From contig NC_091998.1 of assembly GCF_044704955.1 (NCBI RefSeq), forward strand, positions 62,248,001 to 62,312,000: DNA of 64,000 bases. The letters are read 5' to 3'. The stretch comes from Pristiophorus japonicus (taxonomy: Eukaryota). Under the pieces are notes generated by a model. The model did no database searches. It saw only the letters and a program-made list of their open reading frames with translations, and was not told the DNA's origin. Position 1 is the stretch's first letter. Each line of letters opens with the position of its first letter. Made by a program: the position numbers and the translations under genes. Positions 50,626-61,885 of the stretch are shown here, in pieces.

Positions 50626-50977
50626 CTGAAGAGTCCATCAAAAACAGCACTTCAGTGAAGAATTAGATCCAAATTCCACATACAGCACAGAAATAACCCT
50701 TGTGTGGGGAGTAATGCAATGCAAGAAAGGGAGTGTGAGTTCTGCAGTGTAATGTTGGTGAGGGAGTGGAAATCTGTATACTTCCATCCGCTCTCCGAAT
50801 ACATCCATTCTATACTTTGGGAAGCATCCAGGAAAGTTGTATTCATCTGTACTGGCTCCCAACTCCCATTGTTGCAATCTAACCTCACTTGTTTGATAAC
50901 CTCTCTTTGCTGATTGCCATTGACCTTAAGCCAAATGCAATTAGCCACCCACCCTTCCTTGGTTTTGGATTGAGTAA

Positions 50978-51492
50978 TTGATGGGGACAGTGTAGAGGGA
51001 GCTTTACTCTGTATCTAACCCCAAGCTGCAACTGCCCTGGGAGTGTTTGATGGGACAGTGTAGAGGGAGGTTTACTCTGTATCTAACCACGTGCTGTACC
51101 TGCCCTGGGAGTGTTTGATGGGGACAGTGTAGGGGGAGCTTTACTCTGTATCTAACCCCGTGCTGTACCTGCCCTGGGAATATTTGATGGGATAGTGTAG
51201 AGGAAGCTTTACTTTGTATCTAACCCCCTGTACATGCTCTGCGAGTGTTTGATGGGACAGTGTAGAGGGAGCATTACTCTGTATCTAACCACGTGCTGTA
51301 CCTGCCCCGGGAGTGTTTGATGGGACAGTGTAGAGGGAGCTTTACTCTGTATCTAACCCCCTGTACCTGCCCTGGGAGTGTTTGATGGGACAGTGTAGAG
51401 GGAGCTTTACTCTGTATCTAACCTGTGCTGTAAAGCTCCCTCTACACTGTCCCATCAAACAATCTCCGGTCAGGTACAGAGGGTTAGATATA
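50978..51492. repeat. 64-69-bp minisatellite (about 7 units) ending in an inverted unit
   Basis: Unit GGGAGTGTTTGATGGGACAGTGTAGAGGGAGCTTTACTCTGTATCTAACC..GTACCTGCCCT. Reverse-complement copy at 51430-51490. Confidence 0.95.
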
Positions 51493-51556
51493 TTGCCCAA
51501 TGAAAGTGCAAGGCCACTAATTGAGCAGCCTTTTAGCTGAATGTATCTCTGTGCAG

Positions 51557-51571
51557 CCACTAGGTGGTGCT
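51557..51571 (+). promoter_or_regulatory. CTCF-like motif
   Basis: CCACTAGGTGGTGCT against consensus CCASYAGRKGGCRS (one mismatch). Motif match only. Confidence 0.45.
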
Positions 51572-52143
51572 ATTTACGCTTGTTCAACTCCTGCTATTCC
51601 AACAGTTTCATAAATTACAGTAGGCAGTAAGAGGTGACACTGAGCGTACATTTTTGAGAATCGCACACTTATGAAGCAGAACCTCACCTGCTGAGAGCAC
51701 ATATTTACAAGCTGTGTGTGTGCAGTCAGAAATAGAAGGCAATTTCCTAGAGCAGGCCCCCAGCGGTGAGCCTCTGTACAGGAGCATGCCATGGAAAACT
51801 TCATCTTAAATATCAGGCAATCTTCCATGAGGGAAAAATGCTCGAGATTCCCAGCAGGTCATTCAGTGAAAACGTCTGATGAAGGCTCTCCTCCTGAAGT
51901 GGAGCTTTTTCAGATGCAGTCAGAGCCGCTGTCTCTTCCCAGCAGTTTCTGTTCTTATTTCAGCATTCCCTCCCTGACCTTGTCCCCTCCCTATCTCTGC
52001 AAACTCCTCCAGCCCCACAGCCCTCCAAGATCTCTGCACCCCTCCAATTCTGCCCTCTTGAACATGCTTGATTTTAATGGCTTTGCCGTTGGTGGCCCCT
52101 CTTTCAGCTGCCAAGGCCCTAAGCTCTGGAATTAAACTATCAT

Positions 52144-52375
52144 TGTAATCCATGTATAAGCTGACATAAGTTGTACACCTTGAGAACATTGACCACAGGG
52201 GACGAACTTGTGGGAGACACTCCTAACCTGGACTTTCCGGTATAAAGGGGGAAGCTCCACCCACCTTCAGTCTCTTGAGGTCTTGGTAATAAAGGTAACT
52301 GGTCACAGAGTGACCTTCTCTCAAGTATGGGCCTCGTGTGCTGAGGCCCATATACTGTATAGTAAGGACATATCA
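52144..52375 (+). mobile_element. Solo LTR (probably Gypsy-type)
   Basis: TGTAAT...TATCA termini, with internal TATAAAG (about 52241) and AATAAA (about 52288). Interrupts an L2 tail. No clear TSD. Confidence 0.65.
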
Positions 52376-53169
52376 AAAAACTCTCTACCTCTTCCCCCCT
52401 CTCTCTGCCTTTAAGACGCTCCTTAAAACCTACCCCTTTAACCAAGCTTTTGGCCTTAAATCACCTTGTGTAGCTCAGTGTCAAATTTTGTTTGATAATG
52501 CTCCTGTACAACACGGTGGGGCTTTTACTGCGTTAAGGGTGCTCTATAAATATAATAGCATTTATAGTTTTCTTTTATTGTCCCATTACAGGGCATGAGC
52601 TGCACAAATCCACGGAACAGACCCTTGGAATGACCATATCAATTGCCGGCAGTATCGCACATTCTATTCCCACCTGCGCAGACCACCCCTCACCACTACC
52701 ATTCTGACCAGGAGGGATGGAGGCAGAGATACTTCCATTACCAACCCAAGTTATTTTGTGAAATCCCGTAACAAACTCTTCTAATTTTTACATCAGCTGT
52801 GCTGCAATGTGAATTGCTGCCCGAGTACAGGTTCTGTTCTGGAGATGTGAACGTTGTACTCGATGTAACAAACCACCCGTTGAGGGGGTGAGATGAAGAG
52901 GGGTGGGAGGAGGCTCGTGTGCAGCATAAACACCGGCACGGACCGGTTGAGCTGAATGGTCCGTTTCTGTACTGTACATTCGATGTAATACTATGCAAGC
53001 CAGTTGCATTTCCCATTCACAAAGTTCCATCCATTCCCTGAGAGGTTGGACAAGCTCCGGAACTGGGACCTGAGTATGTGCTCCAGCTGTACACCTCTGG
53101 CCTATTTTTGTACATCTATTTCGCTCCCCAAGTAGCAGTGGAGGCAAGAGATGGGAGCTATAAGATGAT

Positions 53170-54245
53170 AATAAGAAACAGGAGCAGGAGTCGGCCATTT
53201 GACCCCTCGAGCCCGCTCCACCATTCAATAAGATCATGGCTGATCTGATCATGGACTCAACTCCACTTAGAAACATAGAAACATAGAAAATAGGTGCAGG
53301 AGTAGGCCATTCAGCCCTTCGAGCCTGCACCGCCATTCAATAAGATCATGGCTGATCATTCCCTCAGTACCCCTTTCCTACTTTCTCTCCATACCTCTTG
53401 ATCCCTTTAGCCGTAAGCGCCATATCTAACTCCTTCTTCAATATATCCAATGAACTGGCATCAACAACTCTCTGTGGCAGGGAATTCCACAGGTTAACAA
53501 CTCTCTGAGTCCTCATCTCGGTCCTAAATGGCTTACCCCTTATCCTAAGACTGTGTCCCCTGGTTCTGGACTTCCCCAACATCGGGAACATTCTTCCCGC
53601 ATCTAACCTGTCCCGTCCCGTCAGAATCTTATACGTTTCTATGAGATCCCCTCTCATCCTTCTAAACTCCAATGTATAAAGGCCCAGTTGATCCAATCTC
53701 TCCTCATGTGTCAGTCCAGCCATCCCTGGAATCAGTTTGGTGAATCTTCGCTGCACTCCCTCAATAGCAAGAACGTCCTTCCTCAGATTAGACGACCAAA
53801 ACTGAACACAATATTCCAGGTGAGGCCTCACCAAGACCCTGTACAACTGCAGTAAGACCTCCCTGCTCCTATACTTAAATCCCCTAGCTATGAAGGCCAA
53901 CATGCCATTTGCCTTCTTCACCGCCTGCTGTACCTGCATGCCAACTTTCAATGACTGATGAACCATGACACCCAGGTCTCGTTGCACATCCCCTTTTCCT
54001 AATCTGTCCCTGCCAGCTCCCCATAACCCTTTATTCACTTATCGCTCAAAAATCTGTCTATCTCCACCTTAAATATATTCAATGACCCAGCTCTCTGGGG
54101 CAGAGAATTCCAAAGATTTACAACCCTCTGAAAGAAGAAATTTCTCCTCATTTCCATTTTAAATGGGTGACCCCTTATTCTGAAACGATGGCCCCTAGTT
54201 CTAGATTCCCCCACGAGGGGAAACATCCTCTCTGCATCTACCCTG
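53170..54245 (-). mobile_element. Cluster of CR1 3' ends (young copy 53268-54010 within another CR1 3' end)
   Basis: ORFs 53364-54038 and 54035-54322 are CR1 C-termini. Two tails at about 53170 and 53270. Confidence 0.9.
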
Positions 54246-54462
54246 ACCTCGGGCAAAACTGATGCTGCCCCATCCTGTGACCAAGGCCAGCAACTCACTG
54301 AACACTCGAGGCTGTCTGACATCTTTTTAAATTGAGAAAGCTAAATAAAAATGAACGATACATAGCACAACGCATCAAACAGATTGGAAGAGAAGGCAGT
54401 GTAATGCTGGAGATGACCATAGGGTGCGGGAGGGAGGTAGGCGAGAAGATTCACAGTTTATG

Positions 54463-54930
54463 TGTGAGCCATGGCTCAGTGGGCAGCACACTCACCTCTG
54501 AGTCAGAAGGTTGTGGGTTCAAGTCCCACTCCAGGGACTTGAGCACATAAATCTAGATTGACACTCCCAGTGCGGTGCTGAGGGAGTGCTGCACTGTCGG
54601 AGGTGCCGTCTTTCAGATGAGACGTTAAAACCGAGGCCCCGTCTGCTTTCCCAGGTGTATGTAAAAAAATGCCGTGACACTTTTGAAGAAGAGCAGGGGA
54701 GTTCTCCCCAGTGACCCAGCCAATATTGATCCCTCAACCAACATCACTAAAAACAGATTATCTGGTCATTATCACATTGCTGTTTGTGGGAGCTTGCTGT
54801 ACGCAAATTAGCTGCCATGTTTCCCACATTACAACAGTGACTACACTCCAAAAAGTACTTCATTGGCTGTAAAGCATTTTGAGACGTACTGAGGTCATGA
54901 AAGGCGCTATATAAATGCAAGTTTTTTTTT
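54463..54930 (+). mobile_element. Full-length SacSINE1-like DeuSINE (tRNA-derived head)
   Basis: A box TGGCTCAGTGG, B box GGTTCAAGTCCC, a single copy of the 33-bp unit, Deu core, and tail GGCGCTATATAAATGCAAG. Confidence 0.85.
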
Positions 54931-55074
54931 AAGGTTAGAGTTGGAGATGAGGTAATAGTGTTTGATTTTAACGCCCAGTTTAGCTTGTTGCCAGGGAAGA
55001 GAGACTATCCCGTGACAATGCTCTCATCTGCTGTTCGCTTCCAACACTTTCTGGGTTATTTCACCACTTTTAAG

Positions 55075-55535
55075 AGATGGTTGGATGGGCACTTAAAGTG
55101 CAGTAACCTGCAGGGTTACGGACCTAGAGCTGGTAATTGGGATTAGACTGGATGACCTTTTGTTGGACGACGCAGATGTAATGGTAAGTACTGCAGGGAC
55201 TAGTTTCGATCGCCTGGATGGGTCGGAGAGGAATTTTCCCAGATTTCTTTCTCCCTAAATTGGCCTGGGTTTTTATCTGGTTTTTGCCTCTCCCAGGAGA
55301 TCATATGGCTCCGGTTGGGGTGGAGTGTAGAATGTTTCAGTATAAGGGGTGTCGCAGTTGTGTGAGGCGGACTGGTTGGGCCGGGTGCTCTTTGCCTTTC
55401 CGTCATTGTTCATTGTTTATATGTAACCTTTAGGGCTACTGACCGAGGGCCGTGCGGCTCTTTGTCGGCCGGCGCGGACACGGTGGGCCGGAATGGCCTC
55501 CTTCTGCGCTGTAAATTTCTATGTTTCATGTTTCT
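55075..55535 (+). mobile_element. CR1-type extended 3' UTR or CR1-dependent short element
   Basis: Ends in GGGCCGGAATGGCCTCCTTCTG...TTTCTATGTTTC. A related older fragment lies at about 27700-27830. Confidence 0.6.
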
Positions 55536-58112
55536 AAAGAATGTGTTTCATGATTTCACTAGAAGTTGCGATGGAAGGACATCTTCCAGCTAGATCGACA
55601 TAGCAAAAACGTACAGGGCGGATCTGCCCCATCTGTTCCTGGAGAGAGATACAACTGACTGGGATGGGTGGAGATTGGGGAGGAGCCCACAGACTTCTCC
55701 AAGAGTTCCTTTTTATCTCTGCCATGACTGATCTGAAACAGATACCGGTTACACGATTTGGTCCTGCTCTCCTGCCCTGTCTGTAGGGAGAGGGGGCGGG
55801 ATGTATTTCATGTAAATAGCTCGAGTGAAGTGTGGCTGAATGGACAAGTGACTGTCCCCAAAACTGCAAATAGCACAATTCCAGAAATACAGCTTTTTGT
55901 CAGCTTGATTGTGGCTTTTCTGAGACTAGGCCAACATTGACTACTAGTGAATTTGAGGCCCTGCTCCAGTTTACAATCCACGGGATTTATTCAAAAGATA
56001 ACAAAACTCAGCGAGTAGCTTCAAACTGATCTGTTCAAGATGCTCGCCTGTTGCACAGTACTAACCAGGAACAGCCTTCCTCTACATCTCAATCATCTCC
56101 ACACTGCATTCTCTCTCTCTCGTGCAGTTTTGTGCTTTCCCTTGTTCTCCTATTGTCTCACATTCTCTCTCCCACACTGTCTCGGTCTCTTGCTGTTTTT
56201 GCTCTTTCTTTATAATAAAGGGCGGGGAAGTGGAGCTGAGTCCATGGTCAGATCAGCCATGATCGTATTGAATGGCGGAGCAGGCTCGAGGGACCAAATG
56301 GCCTACTCTTGCTCCTATTTCTTATGTTTATCCCTCTTTCTTTTTCCTTTTGTTCTTTCTTTTGCTCTCTGGTGTTGCTCCCTCATTCTGTCTCTCGTTC
56401 TGTCTCTGTGTCTTCTTCCTCTCTCTCTGTCTCTTTCTCTGGCTCTCTCTTTGTGTCTGTCTCTCGTTCAGGCTCTGCTACAATCAAACACGCTCTTCAT
56501 TTAAACAAATGGACACCACAATCAAATGCATTGTGGAATCTAAATCTCCAAAGTCAACTGCTTGCTTCAACATCCAATCTACACTGCAACTGCACCAAAG
56601 TAACAACAACTTACATTTATATAGCATCTTTAACATAGTAAAACGTACACAGGAGCGTTATCAAACAAAATTTGACACTGAACCACATAGGGAGATATTA
56701 GGGCAGGTGATCAAAAGCTTGGTCAAAGAGGTAGGTTTTAAGGAGCGTCTTAGAGGAGAGAGAGATAGATAGAGAGGTGGAGAGGTTTAAGGAGAGAATT
56801 CCAGAGCTTAGAGCCTGAGCAGCTGAAGGCACGGCCACCAATGGTAAAACACTACAGGAAAAGATACGCTGGTCACTTTGAAATATGAAGTGGCAAAATC
56901 TCTCCCATTCCTACTGGATCACAGAATGTCGGAACCATATTACTGTCATTTTCCACGTTCACACTGGCACAGCATTTCTTTTTGTGTGATTTACATTGTT
57001 GTGATCGTACCCAGGGGATGGATGATGCCAATTCCCAGAGTGAAGCTTGAATCTTTCGTGCTTCTGTCTGTGCCACAGATCCAATTAGTGCGTGGGCTCA
57101 ACGGGCCAAATGGCTGTGACCATTCTATATATTTCTTCACAAAAGTGGTTGTTCAGATCTGCAACCCATGACCTGAAAGGGTGATGGAATCAATTGGAAG
57201 GCAATCAATGGAAATGTATTATTTGAAGAGAGCTAATATGCAGAGTTATGGGGGAATAGCTGGGGTGTGGAACTGGATTGGACAGCTTTCATAACCATGT
57301 CAGCTGAATGGCCTCAATCCTTGCTGTAAGATTGTATGATTCTATACAATTCCACTGAAAATTCATGGTGATTTCTACCTTTTCTGGTGTGTTTGTTTAA
57401 AGTTCTTGACAGTTTGTTCATGTGTCACTATAGATTAATTGAGGAGAAATTTACGCTATTTTGGAGTTGATTTATTTTGCGGGAGTCGAGTAGGGGGAAG
57501 GCAGGATTTCCATGACATTCAATGTCTGTTTCTCACCTCACTTCAAGGTTAGAAAGTACTTGATTAATGAATGCACTAATGTAAAATTCATGCATGCACT
57601 ATTTTATCGAGGTTAAAACTTCAATAAGTTAGCACATGTACGCATTTTACGCACATACATTGACCAAGTCAACAATAGCATGGACAGAATTTCCATCCCG
57701 TACAAGTCCACAGTGCTGCTTGGACAGGGAGCTATATTAGGGGTTCTTGATGTACCTGATGATATTTTTTTTTTTTTTTTAATTCGTAGCCAATCGTTCC
57801 AATTCTTTGTCAAATCACAAACGCCAGAGGTTACCTTGCACATGCCAAGGATCACTCTGCGCCAATGCTCTTAGCCAAAAGGCCTAGAGCCACTGCACCG
57901 TTCCTGGAAGTACTGCAATACCAGGTTCGTGCCATGGAGGTGGATGGGTCAGGTCCCCCACACACCTCCGTGGAGGTGGATGGGTCAACCCTCCCCACCC
58001 ACCTCCTCATGATATTTGGGTCACTTGAAGGGACGAGCACTATAATTGTGAAGCTTTTCCTGTTAGATTGGAGAGAGATGATCAGGACTGGGAATGCCAC
58101 TGCCTGATATAA

Positions 58113-58864
58113 TGGTCCGGAATTTGTAGTCAGCAACAAAGCGAAGGTGCTTGACTCTGACCTCGAAGAAAGCGGACCACCACAATCTAGCAATTCCTGT
58201 GGCGTCAATTACAGCACTCCCGACCGTTGTTTGAATCTGGCGCCAAATCAAGCAAATCTCCAGCGTCCAGCAGCAGTGATGTCACCAAGCTGGCTGAGCA
58301 GCCAATCGCATTGAAGAATTCTCACAGACAGCAAACCAAGAAGTAAAATGCACAATTCTAATGTTCTTTTTTATAAGTTTCACAGAGAACGAAATAAATA
58401 TTGGGACATACACTTAGGATTAAGGTAGAAGCTGAAATATCATAAATTTTCCAAAATGATTATTTATAAAAAATATGTAATTCTTAATCATATTAATGGA
58501 ACAATTTGACATTCCACAAATATAAAATTAGTTTTTCAGAGCTAGAACAGCTGTTCAGCAGTCAATACGTCGTTAAAAACCCAGTTTTAACAAGGCTTAA
58601 CTTTTTTGTGGGGGTGGGTGGGAATGGATTAACAATGATATTTCAGCGTAACTGGGGAAGTTGTATGTGATTTAAATTGATTGCCGGCTGTAGGGAGTTA
58701 CACAGGGCGACCTGTGGTGGAGCAGGGAATGACTGACCACAACGTCAGGATTTCTGCATTTAGCTGCACATGCACTAAATCCTGAAGTTGCGGTGAGTTT
58801 CAGAGGAGTAATGACGGTGAACGCTGACAGTTTTGCCATCATTACCACTGCAAAATCCGGGCCC
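58113..58864. mobile_element. Harbinger-type MITE with TAA TSD
   Basis: TAA|TGGTCCGGAATTTGTAGT ... ACTGCAAAATCCGGGCCC|TAA. TIRs match at 14 of 18 positions. Confidence 0.7.
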
Positions 58865-59379
58865 TAATATGGGACAGATTTTATATCGATATAGATGCAG
58901 TACATTTTATATGGAATAGTCATAGTGGCGTATATATTGTGTGTGTATATATTAACTAGAGACTGGAAATGTACAGTGCAGGTAATGAGTGGGATAGTTA
59001 GAGTTTTGTACATCTATGAAATTGCCATTGACACACTAGAAGGGATGGTTAGTGGGCAAAGTGGATGGGGTAGCTAATTGGAAGTATGGAGGATAGAAGA
59101 TGGGTTTTGGTATGATCGCACAATTATACAATGAGTACACCTGACCACACAGTGCACGAGTGACAAACTTGTATTTGGTCCATAAATTTACCCACTGGAA
59201 TTGGCTTTACATTCCTATGTTTTTGACTTTCTCAGTGAACCAGCAGTCTGATACTGCCTCACACAGTGCAAACTATCTTCAGGATCATTTGTCGATCATT
59301 TGGTCTGATTGTCAAATGTCTCACAGGTGCTTTGCCCATGTGTTTAAGAAACAGGAGCAGGAGTAGGCCATTTGGTTTG

Positions 59380-60330
59380 CAGTGGTGTTCCCCAAGGGTC
59401 AGATTTTGGATCCATTAGTCTTTTCAATTTTTATAAACCACCCAGACTCGGGAGTAGAAAGCAGCATTATGGTAGATTGTGATGAGGCTAGTTATAGGCT
59501 TCAGGGTGACAGAGACAGGATAGTGAAATGGGGAGAAGCACAGCAGATGCACTTCAATATGGAGCAGTGTGGAAGTGATGCACTTTGGGAGGACTGATAT
59601 AGAAAGACAGTATACTATAAATGGCACGATTTTAAGAAGTGTAGATGAGCAGAGAGACCTTGGTGTCCATATACACAAATCCTTAAAGGTGGCAGGGCAA
59701 GTTGATAAGGTGATTTAAAAAGCATTTGGGTTACTTGGGTTTATAAATAGAGGCATAGAATATAAATGCAAAGAGAATATGCTGGAACTTTATAAATCAC
59801 TGGTTAAGCCTTAGCTGGAGTATTGTGGACAATTCTGGGCCGCACAATTCAGGAAAGACATAAAGGCCTTACAGAGGGTACAGAGGGAGTTTACCAGGAT
59901 TTTGGACTTGAGTTGTGAGGGGAGGATGGAAAAGTTCAGACTGTTCTCCTTGGAACAGAGAAGGTGACCTAATCGAGGTTTTCAGGATGATGAGGGGGGT
60001 TTTAGAGTAGATCGAGAAAAACTATTCCCTCTGGTGAGTGGGTCAGTAACCAGAGCTCGGAGATTCATAATCATTGGCAAAAGAACAAGAGGGGAGATGA
60101 GGAATGTTTTCACTCAGAGTTATAGGGATCAGGAACGTCCACCTGATGGTGGGAGCTGATTCCATCAATAATTTTAACAGGGAGTTGGAGAGGTGCTGGA
60201 GGATGAGGAGCTGACAGGGTTATGGACAGGACGCAGGGGGTGGGATGCAGCACGCTTGCTCTATCACAGAGCTAGCACAGGCAGGCCAGGCTGAATGGCC
60301 TGCTCTTGTGCTGTAAGTTTCTGTGAATCT
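59380..60330 (+). mobile_element. Old CR1 LINE 3' fragment
   Basis: Degenerate GVPQGS.L.P motif, LYKSLVKP.LEYC and a CR1 tail. Confidence 0.8.
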
Positions 60331-61885
60331 ATTAAATGATTTAATCAAATGCAGAGCGTGGCGGGGGCGGGAAGAATTATAATCCCTGGATGAATTAAAT
60401 TGGGTTTAAAGTCCTTCCTCAGTGGGAAAACAACAGAGGGCGCTGTTTCATCTCCCTGGGGCACAGGCTGAGGAAAAGCTCCAGGATTGGGGTTCACTTT
60501 AGAGGAGCAAGGGGGTTGAATCTTAAACATAGAAACATAGAAAATAGGTGCAGGAGTAGGCTATTCGGCCCTTCGAGTCTGCATCACCATTCAATATGAT
60601 CATGGCCGATCTTCTATCTCAACACCATATTCCTGCTTTTTCTTATGACTCATTTGTACAGATGTGCAATTTTAAAAAAGTGAGTATTCTAGGATGAGGA
60701 AATTTCAGGGTTAAAAACCGGGGATGTGGGACTAAGCACAGCCGCCCTTTCTGAGACCCAGCACAGGCAGGAAAGGGCCGAATGGCCTGCTCCTGGGCTG
60801 TAACTTTCTGTGGTTCTGCTTGGACACTGGCCAGAGTGAGTGACAGGGCATTGCTGACGCCAGACTGGGAGAGAGCTACTCTCTACCCCCACACTGCCCC
60901 CACACCCCCCTGACATGTCTCTGCTTTGCTCAGAGATGAATTCACTGGCATCTGGAACTGGTTGCAGCCGCGTCTTCTGTGGGACATCACCAGCTGATCA
61001 CTTGGCCGATATTCCATCCAGATGTCTTTCTGGCTTATTTCCACTATCTCCAGCCCTCCCGGCAGACAGGTCGACAGATGGTCAGACAAAGGTGGCAGAG
61101 CTCTGGCAGTGATGGGGGATGAGAGAGAGAGAGGGGTATTGAGCGTTTGAGCCCGTGACCCGCACACTCTTTGTCAAATTCGGTCTGTGTCCCGAGAGCT
61201 GTGGGGGGCAGCCCTTCTGGTCCATTGCAATGCACCTGGTAGCAGACAGAGCTACTGCAGCGCTGGACCGCGGCAGTCACATCGCTCACTCAGTGTCACT
61301 GCGCTCGGAAAGGCTGAAAATCCGCTTTAAATACTAAAGCAGATTGAGCCATAAAACCGAGCCTGCATTTTGACAGGTGATGGCTGACACATTTCGGGTT
61401 CACGCCAATATAAGTCTGTGATTGCAAAAAATTAAGGCGAACACATTCTGGTAATTCACAGCTAAATAGTTTGGGATCGCGTTGCATTTTTAACAAGTAA
61501 CAGCAACAGACTTGGCTCTCGGCAGCGACCAAAAGATGTTGCAAGCTGACAGAATGGATTAGAGACCCAATGCTACCCACACCCTGAGCAAGCTCCAGTT
61601 GGTTGAAGCCTTTGTTTCTGAGCAGCATCACAGTGAAGGTCACTTCCCTCTCCCCTCCCCTCAATACAGCTCTCTCCCAACACACAGCCATTCGGGGACA
61701 GTCCAGCTCTTGGTGACTTCCAGATTAACACAGCAGGCAACTCCTCGAGTGACCCAGGCTCTCTCAGCCACCTCCCCGGCCTTACATTGGAGATTAATTC
61801 TCTGGTTATAAATATTTAGCATTGCACATTGAAACAGCCGCATCATAATCCTCTCTGTTCACTAAAAATACCCAGGCTCTGATAG

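Noticed and set aside
51574-51828. Candidate DKK4 exon 1 (phase-0 donor CAG|gtgagg near 51688)
   Set aside because: The frame is compatible, but the peptide has no signal-peptide hydrophobic core at its start and no DFNxI motif.
54465-54535. tRNA gene
   Set aside because: It has A/B boxes but runs straight into the SINE core and lacks a proper acceptor stem. It is a SINE head, as at 35965, 39365 and 45097.
56040-56772. Hydrophobic, membrane-protein-like ORFs
   Set aside because: Translations of CT-rich low-complexity sequence plus CR1 and L2 tails.
61780-61846. Candidate DKK4 exon 1 (MMRLFQCAML... with a gtaag donor)
   Set aside because: No signal-peptide character, the donor phase does not match the phase-0 exon 2, and there is no DKK similarity.
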